Counted from the stretch's first letter, positions 37,019-49,409 are shown. The stretch is DNA of 64,000 nucleotides from Escherichia coli (GCF_003790525.1 NZ_CP033635.1); one strand, 5' to 3'. Numbers and translations are program-made. Notes: generated from the letters alone by a model not told the origin.

Positions 37019-37924
37019 ATGAGAAAGATAAAAATAGGGCTGGCGCTGGGATCTGGCGCGGCGAGAGGTTGGTCGCATATTGGCGTTATTAATGCGCTAA
37101 AAAAAGTGGGTATTGAAATTGATATCGTTGCAGGATGCTCAATTGGTTCGCTGGTGGGCGCGGCCTATGCATGCGATCGATTATCTGCGCTGGAAGATTG
37201 GGTAACCTCTTTCAGTTATTGGGATGTTTTACGCCTGATGGATCTCTCCTGGCAGCGCGGTGGGTTACTGCGCGGCGAGCGTGTCTTCAATCAATATCGC
37301 GAAATAATGCCGGAAACAGAGATCGAAAATTGTTCCCGTCGCTTCGCGGCTGTTGCCACCAATTTAAGTACTGGGCGCGAATTATGGTTTACTGAAGGCG
37401 ATCTCCATCTTGCTATTCGTGCATCATGCAGTATTCCAGGACTAATGGCACCCGTTGCGCATAACGGCTACTGGCTGGTTGATGGCGCTGTAGTTAACCC
37501 AATTCCTATTTCGCTCACGCGTGCATTGGGTGCTGATATTGTGATAGCGGTCGACCTGCAGCACGATGCTCATTTGATGCAACAAGATCTGCTCTCCTTT
37601 AATGTCAGTGAAGAAAATAGCGAGAATGGTGATTCTCTGCCGTGGCATGCGCGTCTGAAAGAAAGGTTGGGCAGCATAACGACACGTCGGGCGGTGACAG
37701 CGCCAACGGCAACAGAGATTATGACCACTTCTATCCAGGTGCTGGAGAACCGCCTTAAAAGGAACCGCATGGCAGGTGATCCGCCCGATATTCTGATTCA
37801 ACCTGTTTGCCCGCAAATATCTACGCTTGATTTCCATCGCGCGCACGCTGCCATTGCGGCTGGGCAGCTGGCAGTGGAAAAGAAAATGGACGAACTTTTG
37901 CCGTTGGTACGCACCAACATTTGA
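37019..37924 (+). CDS. rssA: Patatin-like phospholipase family protein RssA
   Basis: ORF track 36980..37924; trimmed to MRKIKIGLALGSGAARGWSHIGV (301 aa); GxSxG motif GCSIGS. Confidence 0.8.
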   Translation: MRKIKIGLALGSGAARGWSHIGVINALKKVGIEIDIVAGCSIGSLVGAAYACDRLSALEDWVTSFSYWDVLRLMDLSWQRGGLLRGERVFNQYREIMPETEIENCSRRFAAVATNLSTGRELWFTEGDLHLAIRASCSIPGLMAPVAHNGYWLVDGAVVNPIPISLTRALGADIVIAVDLQHDAHLMQQDLLSFNVSEENSENGDSLPWHARLKERLGSITTRRAVTAPTATEIMTTSIQVLENRLKRNRMAGDPPDILIQPVCPQISTLDFHRAHAAIAAGQLAVEKKMDELLPLVRTNI

Positions 37925-38015
37925 CCAGAATTTTTATCTACACTTAAGTTAATTCTGACAGGCGCAGGTGGCAATAGCATGCCACTATTGAGTAAAGCCA
38001 GTCAGGGGAGAGAAC

Positions 38016-39029
38016 ATGACGCAGCCATTGGTCGGAAAACAGATTCTCATTGTTGAAGATGAGCAGGTATTTCGCTCGCTTCTGGATTCGTGGTTTTCCT
38101 CATTGGGAGCGACAACGGTACTGGCGGCTGATGGGGTGGATGCCCTTGAGTTGCTGGGAGGTTTCACTCCAGACCTGATGATATGTGATATCGCGATGCC
38201 CAGAATGAACGGGCTTAAACTGCTGGAACATATACGCAACAGAGGTGACCAGACACCGGTTCTGGTGATATCTGCCACTGAAAATATGGCAGATATTGCC
38301 AAAGCGTTACGTCTGGGCGTTGAAGATGTTTTGCTGAAACCAGTTAAAGATCTGAATCGCTTGCGCGAGATGGTTTTTGCCTGTCTCTATCCCAGCATGT
38401 TTAATTCCCGCGTTGAGGAAGAGGAAAGGCTTTTTCGCGACTGGGATGCAATGGTTGATAACCCTGCCGCAGCGGCGAAATTATTACAGGAATTGCAACC
38501 GCCGGTTCAGCAGGTGATTTCCCATTGCCGGGTTAATTATCGTCAATTGGTTGCCGCGGACAAACCCGGCCTGGTGCTTGATATTGCCGCACTTTCGGAA
38601 AACGATCTGGCATTTTATTGCCTTGATGTCACCCGAGCTGGACATAATGGCGTACTTGCTGCCTTGTTATTACGCGCATTGTTTAACGGATTATTACAGG
38701 AACAGCTTGCACACCAAAATCAACGGTTGCCAGAGTTGGGCGCGTTATTGAAGCAGGTAAACCATTTACTCCGTCAGGCCAATCTGCCGGGGCAGTTTCC
38801 GCTATTAGTTGGCTATTATCATCGCGAACTGAAAAATCTCATTCTGGTTTCTGCGGGTCTGAATGCGACGTTAAATACCGGCGAACACCAGGTACAAATC
38901 AGTAATGGTGTTCCGTTAGGCACTTTAGGTAACGCTTATTTGAATCAATTGAGCCAGCGATGCGATGCCTGGCAATGCCAAATATGGGGAACCGGTGGTC
39001 GGCTGCGCTTGATGTTGTCTGCAGAATGA
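38016..39029 (+). CDS. rssB: RpoS proteolysis adaptor response regulator RssB
   Basis: ORF track; 337 aa, N-terminal receiver domain. Confidence 0.95.
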   Translation: MTQPLVGKQILIVEDEQVFRSLLDSWFSSLGATTVLAADGVDALELLGGFTPDLMICDIAMPRMNGLKLLEHIRNRGDQTPVLVISATENMADIAKALRLGVEDVLLKPVKDLNRLREMVFACLYPSMFNSRVEEEERLFRDWDAMVDNPAAAAKLLQELQPPVQQVISHCRVNYRQLVAADKPGLVLDIAALSENDLAFYCLDVTRAGHNGVLAALLLRALFNGLLQEQLAHQNQRLPELGALLKQVNHLLRQANLPGQFPLLVGYYHRELKNLILVSAGLNATLNTGEHQVQISNGVPLGTLGNAYLNQLSQRCDAWQCQIWGTGGRLRLMLSAE

Positions 39030-39230
39030 GCAAACGATAACGCGGGCTAAATTTGCATTACCTGCTAATGTCGGCTGGTGGTACTATCGTCGCCATTCGT
39101 ATAAGTAATTGTCTTAATTATGCTAACTCGCCTCCTTTTCAGAACTTAGCCCCTTCGGGGTACTGATATACTGGGATGCGATACAGAAATATGAACACGT
39201 TCAAAACACGAACAGTCCAGGAGAATTTAA

Positions 39231-40139
39231 ATGGCTGCCATTAATACGAAAGTCAAAAAAGCCGTTATCCCCGTTGCGGGATTAGGAACCAGGATGTTGC
39301 CGGCGACGAAAGCCATCCCGAAAGAGATGCTGCCACTTGTCGATAAGCCATTAATTCAATACGTCGTGAATGAATGTATTGCGGCTGGCATTACTGAAAT
39401 TGTGCTGGTTACTCACTCATCTAAAAACTCTATTGAAAACCACTTTGATACCAGTTTTGAACTGGAAGCAATGCTGGAAAAACGTGTAAAACGTCAACTG
39501 CTTGATGAAGTGCAGTCTATTTGTCCGCCGCACGTGACTATTATGCAAGTTCGTCAGGGGCTGGCGAAAGGCCTGGGACACGCGGTATTGTGTGCTCACC
39601 CGGTAGTGGGTGATGAACCTGTGGCTGTTATTTTGCCTGACGTTATTCTGGATGAATATGAATCCGATTTGTCACAGGATAACCTGGCAGAGATGATCCG
39701 CCGCTTTGATGAAACGGGTCATAGCCAGATCATGGTTGAACCGGTTGCTGATGTGACCGCATATGGCGTTGTGGATTGCAAAGGCGTTGAATTAGCGCCG
39801 GGTGAAAGCGTACCGATGGTTGGCGTGGTTGAAAAACCAAAAGCGGATGTTGCGCCGTCTAATCTCGCTATTGTGGGTCGTTACGTTCTTAGCGCGGATA
39901 TTTGGCCGTTGCTGGCAAAAACCCCTCCGGGTGCTGGTGATGAAATTCAGCTCACCGACGCAATTGATATGCTGATCGAAAAAGAAACGGTGGAAGCCTA
40001 TCATATGAAAGGGAAGAGCCATGACTGCGGTAATAAATTAGGTTACATGCAGGCCTTCGTTGAATACGGTATTCGTCATAACACCCTTGGCTCGGAATTT
40101 AAAGCCTGGCTTGAAGAAGAGATGGGCATTAAGAAGTAA
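39231..40139 (+). CDS. galU: UTP--glucose-1-phosphate uridylyltransferase
   Basis: ORF track; 302 aa [35 protein letters not shown]. Confidence 0.95.
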   Translation: MAAINTKVKKAVIPVAGLGTRMLPATKAIPKEMLPLVDKPLIQYVVNECIAAGITEIVLVTHSSKNSIENHFDTSFELEAMLEKRVKRQLLDEVQSICPPHVTIMQVRQGLAKGLGHAVLCAHPVVGDEPVAVILPDVILDEYESDLSQDNLAEMIRRFDETGHSQIMVEPVADVTAYGVVDCKGVELAPGESVPMVGVVEKPKADVAPSNLAIVGRYVLSADIWPLLAKTPPGAGDEIQLTDAIDMLIEKETVEAYHMKGKSHDCGNKLGYMQAFVEYGIRHNTLGSEFKAWLEEEMGIKK

Positions 40140-40163
40140 CATCCGTATCGGTGTTATCCACGA

Positions 40164-40195
40164 AACGGCGTTGAGCAATCGACGCCGTTTTTTTA
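40164..40195 (+). terminator. Putative rho-independent terminator of galU
   Basis: aacggcg...cgccgtt hairpin followed by T7. Confidence 0.6.
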
Positions 40196-40232
40196 TAGCT
40201 TATTCTTATTAAATTGTCTTAAACCGGACAAT

Positions 40233-40262
40233 AAAAAATCCCGCCGATGGCGGGATTTTTAA
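40233..40262. terminator. Bidirectional hairpin terminator between galU and hns
   Basis: aaaaaatcccgcc-gatg-gcgggattttt; A/T runs on both sides; sits 22 nt downstream of hns stop. Confidence 0.7.
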
Positions 40263-40283
40263 GCAAGTGCAATCTACAAAAGA

Positions 40284-40697
40284 TTATTGCTTGATCAGGA
40301 AATCGTCGAGGGATTTACCTTGCTCATCCATTGCTTTTTTGATTACAGCTGGAGTACGGCCCTGGCCAGTCCAGGTTTTAGTTTCGCCGTTTTCGTCAAC
40401 GTAGCTATATTTTGCCGGACGCTGAGCACGTTTAGCTTTGGTGCCAGATTTAACGGCAGCAAGGCTATTCAGCAGTTCGTTCGGGTCAATACCGTCAGCG
40501 ATCAGCATTTCGCGATATTGCTGCAGTTTACGAGTGCGCTCTTCAACTTCAGCAGCAGCCGCGCTTTCTTCTTCGCGACGTTCGTTAACAACAACTTCTA
40601 ATTTTTCCAGCATTTCTTCCAGCGTTTCAAGTGTACATTCTCTTGCCTGCGCACGAAGAGTACGGATGTTGTTCAGAATTTTAAGTGCTTCGCTCAT
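40284..40697 (-). CDS. hns: Nucleoid-associated protein H-NS
   Basis: ORF track; 137 aa [37 protein letters not shown]. Confidence 0.97.
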
Positions 40698-41300
40698 TGT
40701 AGTAATCTCAAACTTATATTGGGGTGGTTTGTTGAGGTAATAATAGAGCCTTAAATTCAGTTGTGCAATAGCCAGGAATGTAAGGAATTCAAAATTGTTC
40801 TTTATTTTGTGCCGCCAATAAATATCTTTTCATAAAATTAGCCAGAAAAGACGCGGCATATAGCCCTATTTGCACCGATGATTTCGCAGCACGTGAGGTT
40901 AAAACTTCCTGATTCATGTCACATTTTATGGGGAGATTATCGTAGGCTGACGACCTTTCAGTCTTCTGTATTAGTCGTGTTTACGAGAATTCCCTATTAA
41001 GCGAATGATGAAAAGTAGAACAGTCGCAATAAGAGCAGGGACTTAGTATTGCACTATCTCCAGGAGGTCAACAGAGGGCTATTACTTGCGCAACAGGTTA
41101 AAGATTGTGAATAGTTACCAGCAGTCATTTACCCGCTTATAACAAGCGAGGCAGTTGTAATGATAGCTCAGAAGGATTATGCAAGGCTTCGTAAGGGAGA
41201 ACGCATATACCACTTCTGTGCATACTGTTGAGCTGAAAAACTGACGAATTATGATAAACTCCAGCCAACTTTAATTCATATCATTGAGGGCCTGTGGCTG

Positions 41301-41918
41301 ATGGCACAGCTATATTTCTACTATTCCGCAATGAATGCGGGTAAGTCTACAGCATTGTTGCAATCTTCATACAATTACCAGGAGCGCGGCATGCGCACTG
41401 TCGTATATACGGCAGAAATTGATGATCGCTTTGGTGCCGGGAAAGTCAGCTCGCGTATAGGTTTGTCATCGCCTGCAAAATTATTTAACCAAAATTCATC
41501 ATTATTTGATGAGATTCGTGCGGAACATGAACAGCAGGCAATTCATTGCGTACTGGTTGATGAATGCCAGTTTTTAACCAGACAACAAGTATATGAATTA
41601 TCGGAGGTTGTCGATCAACTCGATATACCCGTACTTTGTTATGGTTTACGTACCGATTTTCGAGGTGAGTTATTTATTGGCAGCCAATACTTACTGGCAT
41701 GGTCCGACAAACTGGTTGAATTAAAAACCATCTGTTTTTGTGGCCGCAAAGCAAGCATGGTGCTGCGTCTTGATCAAGCAGGCAGACCTTATAACGAAGG
41801 TGAGCAGGTGGTTATTGGTGGTAATGAACGCTACGTTTCTGTATGCCGTAAACACTATAAAGAAGCGTTAGAAGTCGGCTCATTAACGGCTATTCAGGAA
41901 AGGCATCGCCACGATTAA
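41301..41918 (+). CDS. tdk: Thymidine kinase
   Basis: ORF track; 205 aa with P-loop SAMNAGKST. Confidence 0.95.
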
Positions 41919-42168
41919 TAAGAATTTCTTTACTGACAGGGTGAGCAGGGCGCTTTTATCCTGTCAGTTCATTTTACGCACTTCATCCGGTGTATATACC
42001 CTTCTCGACAGTTCTTTAACGCCACTATACCCCTCACAGATCGCTTTTACAGTGACGTTGACTTGTGACCTGTAAAGTACAATATCGCTGTGTGTAGGCG
42101 TTATACATCGCCGTAAATATGATGAAGGCAAATGCTGTCGGTTTATGGGAAAGTTGCTTTGGGTAAAA

Positions 42169-42196
42169 CAAAAAAACGGCCCCAGAAGGGACCGTT
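42169..42196 (-). terminator. Putative rho-independent terminator of adhE
   Basis: Minus-strand hairpin acggtccc..ggggccgt followed by T-run, about 25 nt after adhE stop. Confidence 0.55.
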
Positions 42197-42220
42197 TATG
42201 TTGCCAGACAGCGCTACTGA

Positions 42221-44896
42221 TTAAGCGGATTTCTTCGCTTTTTTCTCAGCTTTAGCCGGAGCGGCTTCTTTTTTCGCTGCAGTTTCACCTTCTACATAAT
42301 CACGACCGTAGTAGGTATCCAGCAGAATCTGTTTCAGCTCGGAGATCAGTGGGTAACGCGGGTTAGCGCCGGTGCACTGGTCATCGAATGCATCTTCAGA
42401 CAGTTTATCCACATTCGCCAGGAAGTCTGCTTCCTGAACGCCAGCTTCACGGATAGATTTCGGAATACCCAGTTCAGCTTTCAGCGTTTCCAGCCATGCC
42501 AGCAGTTTCTCGATCTTAGCAGCAGTACGGTCGCCCGGTGCGCTCAGACCCAGGTGGTCAGCAATTTCAGCATAACGACGGCGAGCCTGCGGACGGTCAT
42601 ACTGGCTGAATGCAGTCTGCTTGGTCGGGTTGTCGTTCGCGTTGTAGCGAATAACGTTACAAATCAGCAGGGCGTTTGCCAGACCGTGCGGAATATGGAA
42701 CTGGGAACCCAGTTTGTGCGCCATTGAGTGACATACACCCAGGAAGGCGTTCGCAAACGCGATACCCGCGATAGTTGCTGCACTGTGAACACGTTCACGC
42801 GCTACCGGATTTTTAGAACCTTCGTGGTAGGACGCTGGCAGATATTCTTTCAGCAGTTTCAGTGCCTGCAGTGCCTGACCATCAGAGAACTCAGATGCCA
42901 GTACAGAAACATAAGCTTCCATGGCGTGAGTTACTGCGTCCAGACCACCGAAAGCACACAGAGACTTCGGCATGTCCATAACCAGGTTGGCATCGACAAT
43001 CGCCATATCCGGGGTCAGCGCATAGTCTGCCAGCGGATATTTCTGACCAGTAGCGTCGTCAGTTACAACCGCAAACGGAGTGACTTCAGAACCTGTACCA
43101 GAAGTGGTGGTGACAGCGATCATTTTCGCTTTCACGCCCATTTTCGGGAACTTGTAGATACGTTTACGGATATCCATAAAGCGCAGCGCCAGCTCTTCGA
43201 AGTGAGTTTCCGGATGTTCGTACATAACCCACATGATCTTCGCGGCGTCCATCGGGGAACCACCACCTAGCGCGATAATCACGTCTGGTTTGAAGGAGTT
43301 TGCCAGTTCTGCACCTTTACGAACGATGCTCAGGGTCGGGTCAGCTTCTACTTCGAAGAAGACTTCAGTTTCAACGCCTGCTGCTTTCAGTACGGAAGTG
43401 ATCTGATCAGCATAACCATTGTTGAACAGGAAGCGGTCAGTCACGATGAGCGCACGTTTGTGGCCATCAGTAATCACTTCATCCAGCGCGATTGGCAGGG
43501 AGCCACGGCGGAAGTAGATAGATTTCGGAAGTTTGTGCCACAACATGTTTTCAGCTCGCTTAGCAACGGTTTTCTTGTTGATCAGGTGTTTCGGACCAAC
43601 GTTTTCAGAGATGGAGTTACCACCCCAGGAACCACAACCCAGAGTCAGGGAAGGTGCGAGTTTGAAGTTATACAGGTCACCGATACCACCCTGAGAAGCC
43701 GGGGTGTTAATCAGGATACGAGCCGTTTTCATTTTCTGACCGAAGTAAGAAACGCGAGCCGGTTGGTTATCCTGGTCAGTGTACAGGCAAGAGGTATGAC
43801 CGATACCGCCCATAGCAACCAGTTTCTCTGCTTTTTCTACCGCATCTTCGAAATCTTTAGCACGGTACATTGCCAGAGTCGGGGACAGTTTTTCATGTGC
43901 GAACGGTTCGCTTTCATCAACAACGGTCACTTCACCGATCAGAATCTTGGTGTTTTCTGGTACAGAGAAGCCTGCCAGTTCAGCAATTTTATAGGCTGGC
44001 TGACCAACGATAGCCGCGTTCAGCGCACCGTTTTTCAGGATAACATCCTGAACAGCTTTCAGCTCTTTACCCTGCAACAGATAGCCGCCGTGGGTTGCGA
44101 AACGTTCACGTACTGCGTCATAAACAGAGTCAACAACAACAACAGACTGTTCAGAAGCACAGATTACGCCGTTGTCGAAGGTTTTGGACATCAGCACAGA
44201 TGCAACTGCACGTTTGATATCAGCAGTTTCATCGATAACAACAGGCGTGTTACCCGCGCCTACACCGATAGCTGGTTTACCGGAGCTGTATGCGGCTTTA
44301 ACCATGCCCGGACCACCAGTCGCGAGGATCAGGTTGATGTCTGGGTGGTGCATCAGTGCGTTAGACAGTTCAACCGAAGGTTGATCGATCCAGCCGATCA
44401 GATCTTTCGGAGCACCGGCAGCGATAGCAGCCTGCAGAACGATATCAGCTGCTTTGTTGGTTGCATCTTTTGCACGCGGGTGCGGGGAGAAGATAATAGC
44501 GTTACGGGTCTTCAGGCTGATCAGCGATTTGAAGATAGCAGTTGAAGTCGGGTTAGTGGTCGGAACGATACCGCAAATAATACCGATTGGTTCAGCGATA
44601 GTGATGGTACCAAAAGTGTCGTCTTCAGACAGAACACCACAGGTTTTTTCATCTTTATAGGCGTTGTAGATATATTCAGAAGCAAAGTGGTTTTTGATCA
44701 CTTTATCTTCGACGATACCCATGCCGGATTCGGCAACGGCCATTTTCGCGAGTGGGATTCGAGCATCTGCAGCAGCCAGAGCGGCGGCGCGGAAGATTTT
44801 GTCTACTTGCTCTTGAGTGAAACTGGCATATTCACGCTGGGCTTTTTTTACACGCTCTACGAGTGCGTTAAGTTCAGCGACATTAGTAACAGCCAT
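42221..44896 (-). CDS. adhE: Bifunctional acetaldehyde-CoA/alcohol dehydrogenase
   Basis: ORF track; 891 aa [35 protein letters not shown]. Confidence 0.97.
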
Positions 44897-45372
44897 AATG
44901 CTCTCCTGATAATGTTAAACTTTTTTAGTAAATCATCTGCTCGAATACGAGAGTATAGTCAGTGCGGTGATGATTTGCTTAACCGATGGAAATCAAAAGC
45001 TTACTCGCGCTCACACTCACTGTGATTTACTAAAAGAGTTTAAACATTAGAGTTATTATCTCTAATGCGTCACTTCCAGGTGGCGTAAGCAAGATTACTC
45101 ACTTCTGGGTACTGATTACGTGATCTAAATCAAAATTTTGCAAAGCTGACACCTTTCAGCATGGCTTTTCGCCATTATAGCTAACAGTTAATAAATTGTA
45201 GTATGATTTGTTGACTACATTAGCATGTTTTGCACAAATAGATAACAATAACGAATGATAGCAATTTTAAGTAGTTAGGAGGTGAAAAATGCTGTCAAAA
45301 GGCGTATTGTCAGCGCGTCTTTTCAACCTTATTTATGGCTAACATTATCCGGCTTTTGCTTCGGAGCTAACC

Positions 45373-46020
45373 GTGATTCAGACCCTTTTTGATTTTCCCG
45401 TTTACTTCAAATTTTTCATCGGGTTATTTGCGCTGGTCAACCCGGTAGGGATTATTCCCGTCTTTATCAGCATGACCAGTTATCAGACAGCGGCAGCGCG
45501 AAATAAAACTAACCTTACAGCCAACCTGTCTGTGGCCATTATCTTGTGGATCTCGCTTTTTCTCGGCGACACGATTCTACAACTTTTTGGTATATCAATT
45601 GATTCATTCCGTATCGCCGGTGGCATCCTGGTGGTGACAATAGCGATGTCGATGATCAGCGGCAAGCTTGGCGAGGATAAACAGAACAAGCAAGAAAAAT
45701 CAGAAACCGCGGTACGTGAAAGCATTGGTGTGGTGCCGTTGGCGTTGCCGTTGATGGCGGGGCCAGGGGCGATCAGTTCTACCATCGTCTGGGGTACGCG
45801 TTATCACAGCATTAGCTATCTGTTTGGTTTCTTTGTGGCTATTGCTTTGTTCGCTTTATGTTGCTGGGGATTGTTCCGCATGGCACCGTGGCTGGTACGG
45901 GTTTTACGCCAGACCGGCATCAACGTGATTACGCGTATTATGGGGCTATTGCTGATGGCATTGGGGATTGAATTTATCGTTACTGGTATTAAGGGGATTT
46001 TCCCCGGCTTGCTTAATTAA
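45373..46020 (+). CDS. ychE: MarC-family inner-membrane protein YchE
   Basis: ORF track; 215 aa polytopic. Confidence 0.9.
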   Translation: MIQTLFDFPVYFKFFIGLFALVNPVGIIPVFISMTSYQTAAARNKTNLTANLSVAIILWISLFLGDTILQLFGISIDSFRIAGGILVVTIAMSMISGKLGEDKQNKQEKSETAVRESIGVVPLALPLMAGPGAISSTIVWGTRYHSISYLFGFFVAIALFALCCWGLFRMAPWLVRVLRQTGINVITRIMGLLLMALGIEFIVTGIKGIFPGLLN

Positions 46021-46033
46021 TTCCTTTCAAATG

Positions 46034-46057
46034 AAACGGAGCTGCCATGCTCCGTTT
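46034..46057 (+). terminator. Possible terminator hairpin after ychE
   Basis: aaacggagc-tgccat-gctccgttt hairpin; downstream T-run is not immediately adjacent. Confidence 0.4.
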
Positions 46058-46757
46058 ACTTCGTCATTATTTTTACTTTGTTCCGGTGCAGTTATCAAAA
46101 GCAAAAGGAATGGGTAAAAATATTCTTCTTAAATTACAGTTTGTTATAAGGATTTCCTTAACTGCTTCTCGTCACCATCATGTTATTTTCGCCACATCAT
46201 AATCCTGGGCTTGCTGAAGAATAATTGAAATGATATTAGTAATTCCACTGCCTTTGGTAGAGGAAAGTGCTAAATAATAATCAATTGTTAAATTATTGTG
46301 CATTTCACTACTGGAACTGTAATCAGAAAAGATAGACATGCTTAACCCATCTCTATTTGATTGAATTGAAAGATGTTTGTTAAGACATGGATGCAAGCTA
46401 TAGATTCTGATACGGTCAATAAAAGAGAATTGCTTAACAATTTTGCAAAATGTATTGGCGAGTAAGAACCGCATTTGGTACTTTCCGGGCAACCGCCAGG
46501 CGATTCTTTATTGGTAATGAGAATAATTAACAATTAAAGAGCGTCGTGAAAGAATAATGTGTCTCGACAGGGGAGACACAGTACGAATCGACATAAGGTG
46601 ATCGTCTGAATCACCAGAATAAATAAAGTCGGTGATAGCAATCCGTAACGATAAAGTAACCTGACAGCAGAAAGTCTCCGAGCCTGTGCAGGGTCCCAAT
46701 CCGGGATTACACATGCTGGTTAATACCAGTAATTATAATGAGGGAGTCCAAAAAACA

Positions 46758-48389
46758 ATGACCAACATCACCAAGAGAAGTTTAGTAGCAGCTGGCGTTT
46801 TGGCTGCGCTTATGGCAGGGAATGTCGCGCTGGCAGCTGATGTACCCGCAGGTGTCACACTGGCGGAAAAACAAACGCTGGTACGTAACAATGGTTCAGA
46901 AGTTCAGTCATTAGATCCGCACAAAATTGAAGGTGTTCCGGAGTCTAATATCAGCCGAGACCTGTTTGAAGGCTTACTGGTTAGCGATCTTGACGGCCAT
47001 CCGGCACCTGGCGTCGCTGAATCCTGGGATAATAAAGACGCGAAAGTCTGGACCTTCCATTTGCGTAAAGATGCGAAATGGTCTGATGGCACGCCAGTCA
47101 CAGCACAAGACTTTGTGTATAGCTGGCAACGTTCTGTTGATCCAAACACTGCTTCTCCGTATGCCAGTTATCTGCAATATGGGCATATCGCCGGTATTGA
47201 TGAAATTCTTGAAGGGAAAAAACCGATTACCGATCTCGGCGTGAAAGCTATTGATGATCACACATTAGAAGTCACCTTAAGTGAACCTGTTCCGTACTTC
47301 TATAAATTACTTGTTCACCCATCAACTTCACCGGTGCCAAAAGCCGCTATCGAGAAATTCGGCGAAAAATGGACCCAGCCTGGTAATATCGTCACCAACG
47401 GTGCCTATACCTTAAAAGATTGGGTCGTAAACGAACGAATCGTTCTTGAACGCAGCCCGACCTACTGGAACAACGCGAAAACCGTTATTAACCAAGTAAC
47501 CTATTTGCCTATTGCTTCTGAAGTTACCGATGTCAACCGCTACCGTAGTGGTGAAATCGACATGACTTATAACAACATGCCGATCGAATTGTTCCAGAAG
47601 CTGAAAAAAGAGATCCCGGACGAAGTTCACGTTGATCCATACCTGTGCACTTACTATTACGAAATTAACAACCAGAAACCGCCATTTAATGACGTGCGTG
47701 TGCGTACCGCACTGAAATTGGGTATGGACCGCGATATCATTGTTAATAAAGTGAAAGCGCAGGGCGACATGCCCGCCTATGGTTACACTCCACCATATAC
47801 TGATGGCGCAAAATTGACTCAGCCGGAATGGTTTGGCTGGAGTCAGGAAAAACGTAACGAAGAAGCGAAAAAACTGCTGGCTGAAGCGGGTTATACCGCA
47901 GACAAACCGTTGACCATCAACCTGTTGTATAACACCTCCGATCTGCATAAAAAGCTGGCGATTGCTGCCTCTTCATTGTGGAAGAAAAACATTGGTGTAA
48001 ACGTCAAACTGGTTAACCAGGAGTGGAAAACGTTCCTCGACACCCGTCACCAGGGCACTTTTGATGTGGCCCGTGCAGGCTGGTGTGCAGACTACAACGA
48101 ACCAACTTCCTTCCTGAACACCATGCTGTCGAACAGCTCGATGAATACCGCGCATTATAAGAGCCCGGCCTTTGACAGCATTATGGCGGAAACGCTGAAA
48201 GCGACTGACGAGGCGCAGCGCACAGCTCTGTACACTAAAGCAGAACAACAGCTGGATAAGGATTCGGCCATTGTTCCTGTTTATTACTACGTGAATGCGC
48301 GTCTGGTGAAACCGTGGGTTGGTGGCTATACCGGCAAAGATCCGCTGGATAATACCTACACCCGGAATATGTACATTGTGAAGCACTAA
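46758..48389 (+). CDS. oppA: Periplasmic oligopeptide-binding protein OppA
   Basis: ORF track 46686..48389; trimmed to MTNITKRSLVAAGVLAALMAGNVALA (signal peptide), 543 aa; GAGGGA RBS. Confidence 0.95.
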   Translation: MTNITKRSLVAAGVLAALMAGNVALAADVPAGVTLAEKQTLVRNNGSEVQSLDPHKIEGVPESNISRDLFEGLLVSDLDGHPAPGVAESWDNKDAKVWTFHLRKDAKWSDGTPVTAQDFVYSWQRSVDPNTASPYASYLQYGHIAGIDEILEGKKPITDLGVKAIDDHTLEVTLSEPVPYFYKLLVHPSTSPVPKAAIEKFGEKWTQPGNIVTNGAYTLKDWVVNERIVLERSPTYWNNAKTVINQVTYLPIASEVTDVNRYRSGEIDMTYNNMPIELFQKLKKEIPDEVHVDPYLCTYYYEINNQKPPFNDVRVRTALKLGMDRDIIVNKVKAQGDMPAYGYTPPYTDGAKLTQPEWFGWSQEKRNEEAKKLLAEAGYTADKPLTINLLYNTSDLHKKLAIAASSLWKKNIGVNVKLVNQEWKTFLDTRHQGTFDVARAGWCADYNEPTSFLNTMLSNSSMNTAHYKSPAFDSIMAETLKATDEAQRTALYTKAEQQLDKDSAIVPVYYYVNARLVKPWVGGYTGKDPLDNTYTRNMYIVKH

Positions 48390-48474
48390 TGGCAATACGT
48401 GGGGCAGGAGTGTCCTGCTCCACGGTGTCTGATTTTTATCGCATTACAGAAGGCACAGGCCAGAAGGTAGGGCA

Positions 48475-49395
48475 ATGTTAAAATTTATTCTACGTCGCTG
48501 TCTGGAAGCGATTCCGACGCTATTTATTCTTATTACTATTTCGTTCTTTATGATGCGCCTCGCACCGGGCAGTCCTTTTACCGGCGAACGTACTTTACCA
48601 CCGGAAGTGATGGCCAATATCGAAGCGAAATATCATCTTAATGATCCGATCATGACACAGTATTTCAGCTACCTGAAACAACTGGCGCATGGCGATTTCG
48701 GTCCATCGTTTAAATATAAAGATTATTCGGTCAACGACCTGGTTGCATCCAGTTTTCCCGTTTCTGCCAAACTGGGAGCCGCAGCATTTTTCCTTGCGGT
48801 AATACTGGGTGTTAGTGCTGGCGTTATTGCCGCATTAAAACAAAACACCAAATGGGACTATACCGTGATGGGGCTGGCAATGACCGGGGTTGTTATCCCC
48901 AGTTTTGTGGTTGCGCCATTATTAGTCATGATATTTGCGATCATTTTGCATTGGCTGCCGGGCGGTGGCTGGAATGGTGGTGCGCTTAAATTCATGATAC
49001 TGCCAATGGTGGCGTTGTCACTCGCCTATATCGCCAGTATTGCGCGTATTACCCGTGGCTCTATGATTGAAGTATTACACTCCAACTTTATTCGTACTGC
49101 CCGGGCGAAAGGGTTACCTATGCGGCGGATCATTTTACGCCACGCATTAAAACCTGCTCTGTTACCCGTGCTCTCCTATATGGGCCCTGCATTTGTCGGC
49201 ATTATTACCGGTTCTATGGTCATCGAAACCATTTATGGTTTGCCGGGGATTGGGCAATTGTTCGTTAATGGTGCATTGAACCGTGACTATTCCTTAGTGT
49301 TAAGCCTGACCATCCTGGTTGGTGCTTTAACCATTTTGTTTAATGCCATTGTCGATGTGCTATATGCGGTTATCGACCCGAAAATCCGTTACTGA
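48475..49395 (+). CDS. oppB: Oligopeptide ABC transporter permease OppB
   Basis: ORF track; 306 aa. Confidence 0.95.
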   Translation: MLKFILRRCLEAIPTLFILITISFFMMRLAPGSPFTGERTLPPEVMANIEAKYHLNDPIMTQYFSYLKQLAHGDFGPSFKYKDYSVNDLVASSFPVSAKLGAAAFFLAVILGVSAGVIAALKQNTKWDYTVMGLAMTGVVIPSFVVAPLLVMIFAIILHWLPGGGWNGGALKFMILPMVALSLAYIASIARITRGSMIEVLHSNFIRTARAKGLPMRRIILRHALKPALLPVLSYMGPAFVGIITGSMVIETIYGLPGIGQLFVNGALNRDYSLVLSLTILVGALTILFNAIVDVLYAVIDPKIRY

Positions 49396-49409
49396 TACTG
49401 GAGCTCGCG

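Noticed and set aside
43460-44545. 361-aa plus-strand ORF inside adhE
   Set aside because: Antisense to adhE; no independent support.
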